Positions 53,701 through 54,748 of a DNA stretch of 54,748 bases are shown piece after piece. The stretch's first letter is position 1. Each line of letters starts with the position of its first letter. Under the pieces are notes generated by a model. It saw only the letters and a program-made list of their open reading frames with translations, ran no database searches and was not told the DNA's origin. The translations under genes and the position numbers were made by a program. The DNA is from Prorocentrum cordatum (Eukaryota). The stretch lies in NCBI GenBank assembly GCA_963575745.1, contig CAUYUJ010000217.1, positions 62,001-116,748 of the forward strand, read 5' to 3'.

Positions 53701-54474
53701 GCAAGGACAAGAGCGAGCCCGCGCCGGACAACGCCGCTGACCTCCCCAAGAGGGAAAGAATGATGATAATAATAAGGAAGAATACCCGCAGGGCTGGGGG
53801 GAGGTCGAGCGTCGGCGCGCCGGCGCGGCCCTCCGCGCGGCTAGCGCCGACGAGCCGCGACGGCCGCCCTCGCCCAGCGCCAAGCCCGGCATTCCCAGCG
53901 AGGAGGTCGCCTGCAGTGGTTGCGATCGGAGCGTGTACGACGGATCGCGAGGCGATCGTGCCAAAATAGTGAGCACGTCCCTCGAGGTCTATCTCCATCC
54001 ATCGCCTTCTTTTCCCACCTACCAGACCAGGGCGCTGCGCCTCCCTCGGAGCCATAATCCCGCCGAGGTCTTAAGACAGGCTTTCAGACATCACGTCTGC
54101 GGCCCGAGGCCACCAACACCACGCAATTCGGCACATGGCAATTCACACCAGCATCACTCACGCGCGCGAGCCCCTCCAGCGCCGCTCTTAAGAGCACGAG
54201 CTCACCAGTGCAGCGGATGGGCTCGTGCCCCCACGTGCGCGCCCGTCAGGTCAGACAGCGACAGCGTCCCCCTGTCAGTTCTAGAATGCACTATTGGTTG
54301 GACAGTGATGGTTCCCTTCTTCCTTGAGTTGTTCGTGTTTCTGTCCCGCTAGAGTTGTTCGATCGCTCGCACAATCCCGACTCAAATAGGAGAGGGCGCC
54401 GCTGTTTGGCCCGCGCGTCGACGCATATCTAGTTACTGTAGGATGAGTAAAATCCCCGCAAGATACATATCATT
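50732..54474 (+). mobile_element. Internally deleted Ty1/Copia-like LTR retrotransposon remnant between ~85-bp direct repeats
   Basis: Repeats aaatagg..cgccgctgtttggcccg.gcgtcgacgcat..ttactgta..ccccg.aa.atacatat at 50732-50812 and 54384-54474. Confidence 0.6.
50813..51775 (+). pseudogene. Copia-type RT C-terminal half + RNase H, decayed
   Basis: LATKHVDDIKVTG (HVDD 50854-50865), YTCCG, RIDL, HSDAAF, LD*..KVTR/TFASELMA, WLRDFL. Confidence 0.82.
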
Positions 54475-54748
54475 GCCGCCATGCTTCCTCTCGCGCAACT
54501 TCCGACCCCTGCAATTCCAGTTCCTCCTCCTCTTGCTCCTCCTCGTCCTCCTCCTCCCCCTCCTCTTCTTCTTCCTCCTCTTCCTCCTCCTCCTCCTCCT
54601 CCTCCCCCTCCTCCTCCCCCTCCTGATCCTGCTCCTCGTCCTCTTCTTTATCCTCCTCCTCCTCCTCCTCCTCCTTCTCCTCCTTCTCCTTTTGCGTTGG
54701 CCAGACCTTACGCTCACGCATCTGGCGCCCTTCCTCCTCTTTCTCCTC

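Overview
A repeat-dominated, GC-rich eukaryotic window. It is most likely dinoflagellate (Prorocentrum/Symbiodiniaceae-like); this is inferred from the retroelement protein types, spliced-leader-like relics and GC-donor micro-exon candidates. Most six-frame ORFs are microsatellite or GC-shadow artefacts. The main contents are: (1) a ~6.2 kb tyrosine-recombinase (DIRS-type) retrotransposon at 1543-7718, inserted in (TA)n, carrying a small Cys-rich membrane ORF, gag-like ORF, RT/RNase H, an inactivated YR and an uninterrupted divergent C5-cytosine methyltransferase domain; (2) a heavily decayed APE/RT LINE plus an ORF1-like remnant (10.5-15.2 kb), bracketed by ~0.7-0.9 kb inverted repeats; (3) a near full-length single-ORF LINE (ZnF/coiled coil-APE-RT-CCHC-RNase H-Zn domain) at 24678-31018 inside a (CCT)n tract; (4) two 5'-truncated LINE ends, a possible second MTase relic and a Copia RT/RNase H remnant between short direct repeats; (5) multi-kb (TAC)n and (CCT)n tracts and several minisatellites; (6) scattered unique islands that look like micro-exons of a host signal-peptide/multi-pass membrane protein gene spanning ~17-48 kb (low confidence). 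No rRNA, tRNA or CRISPR array was recognised.
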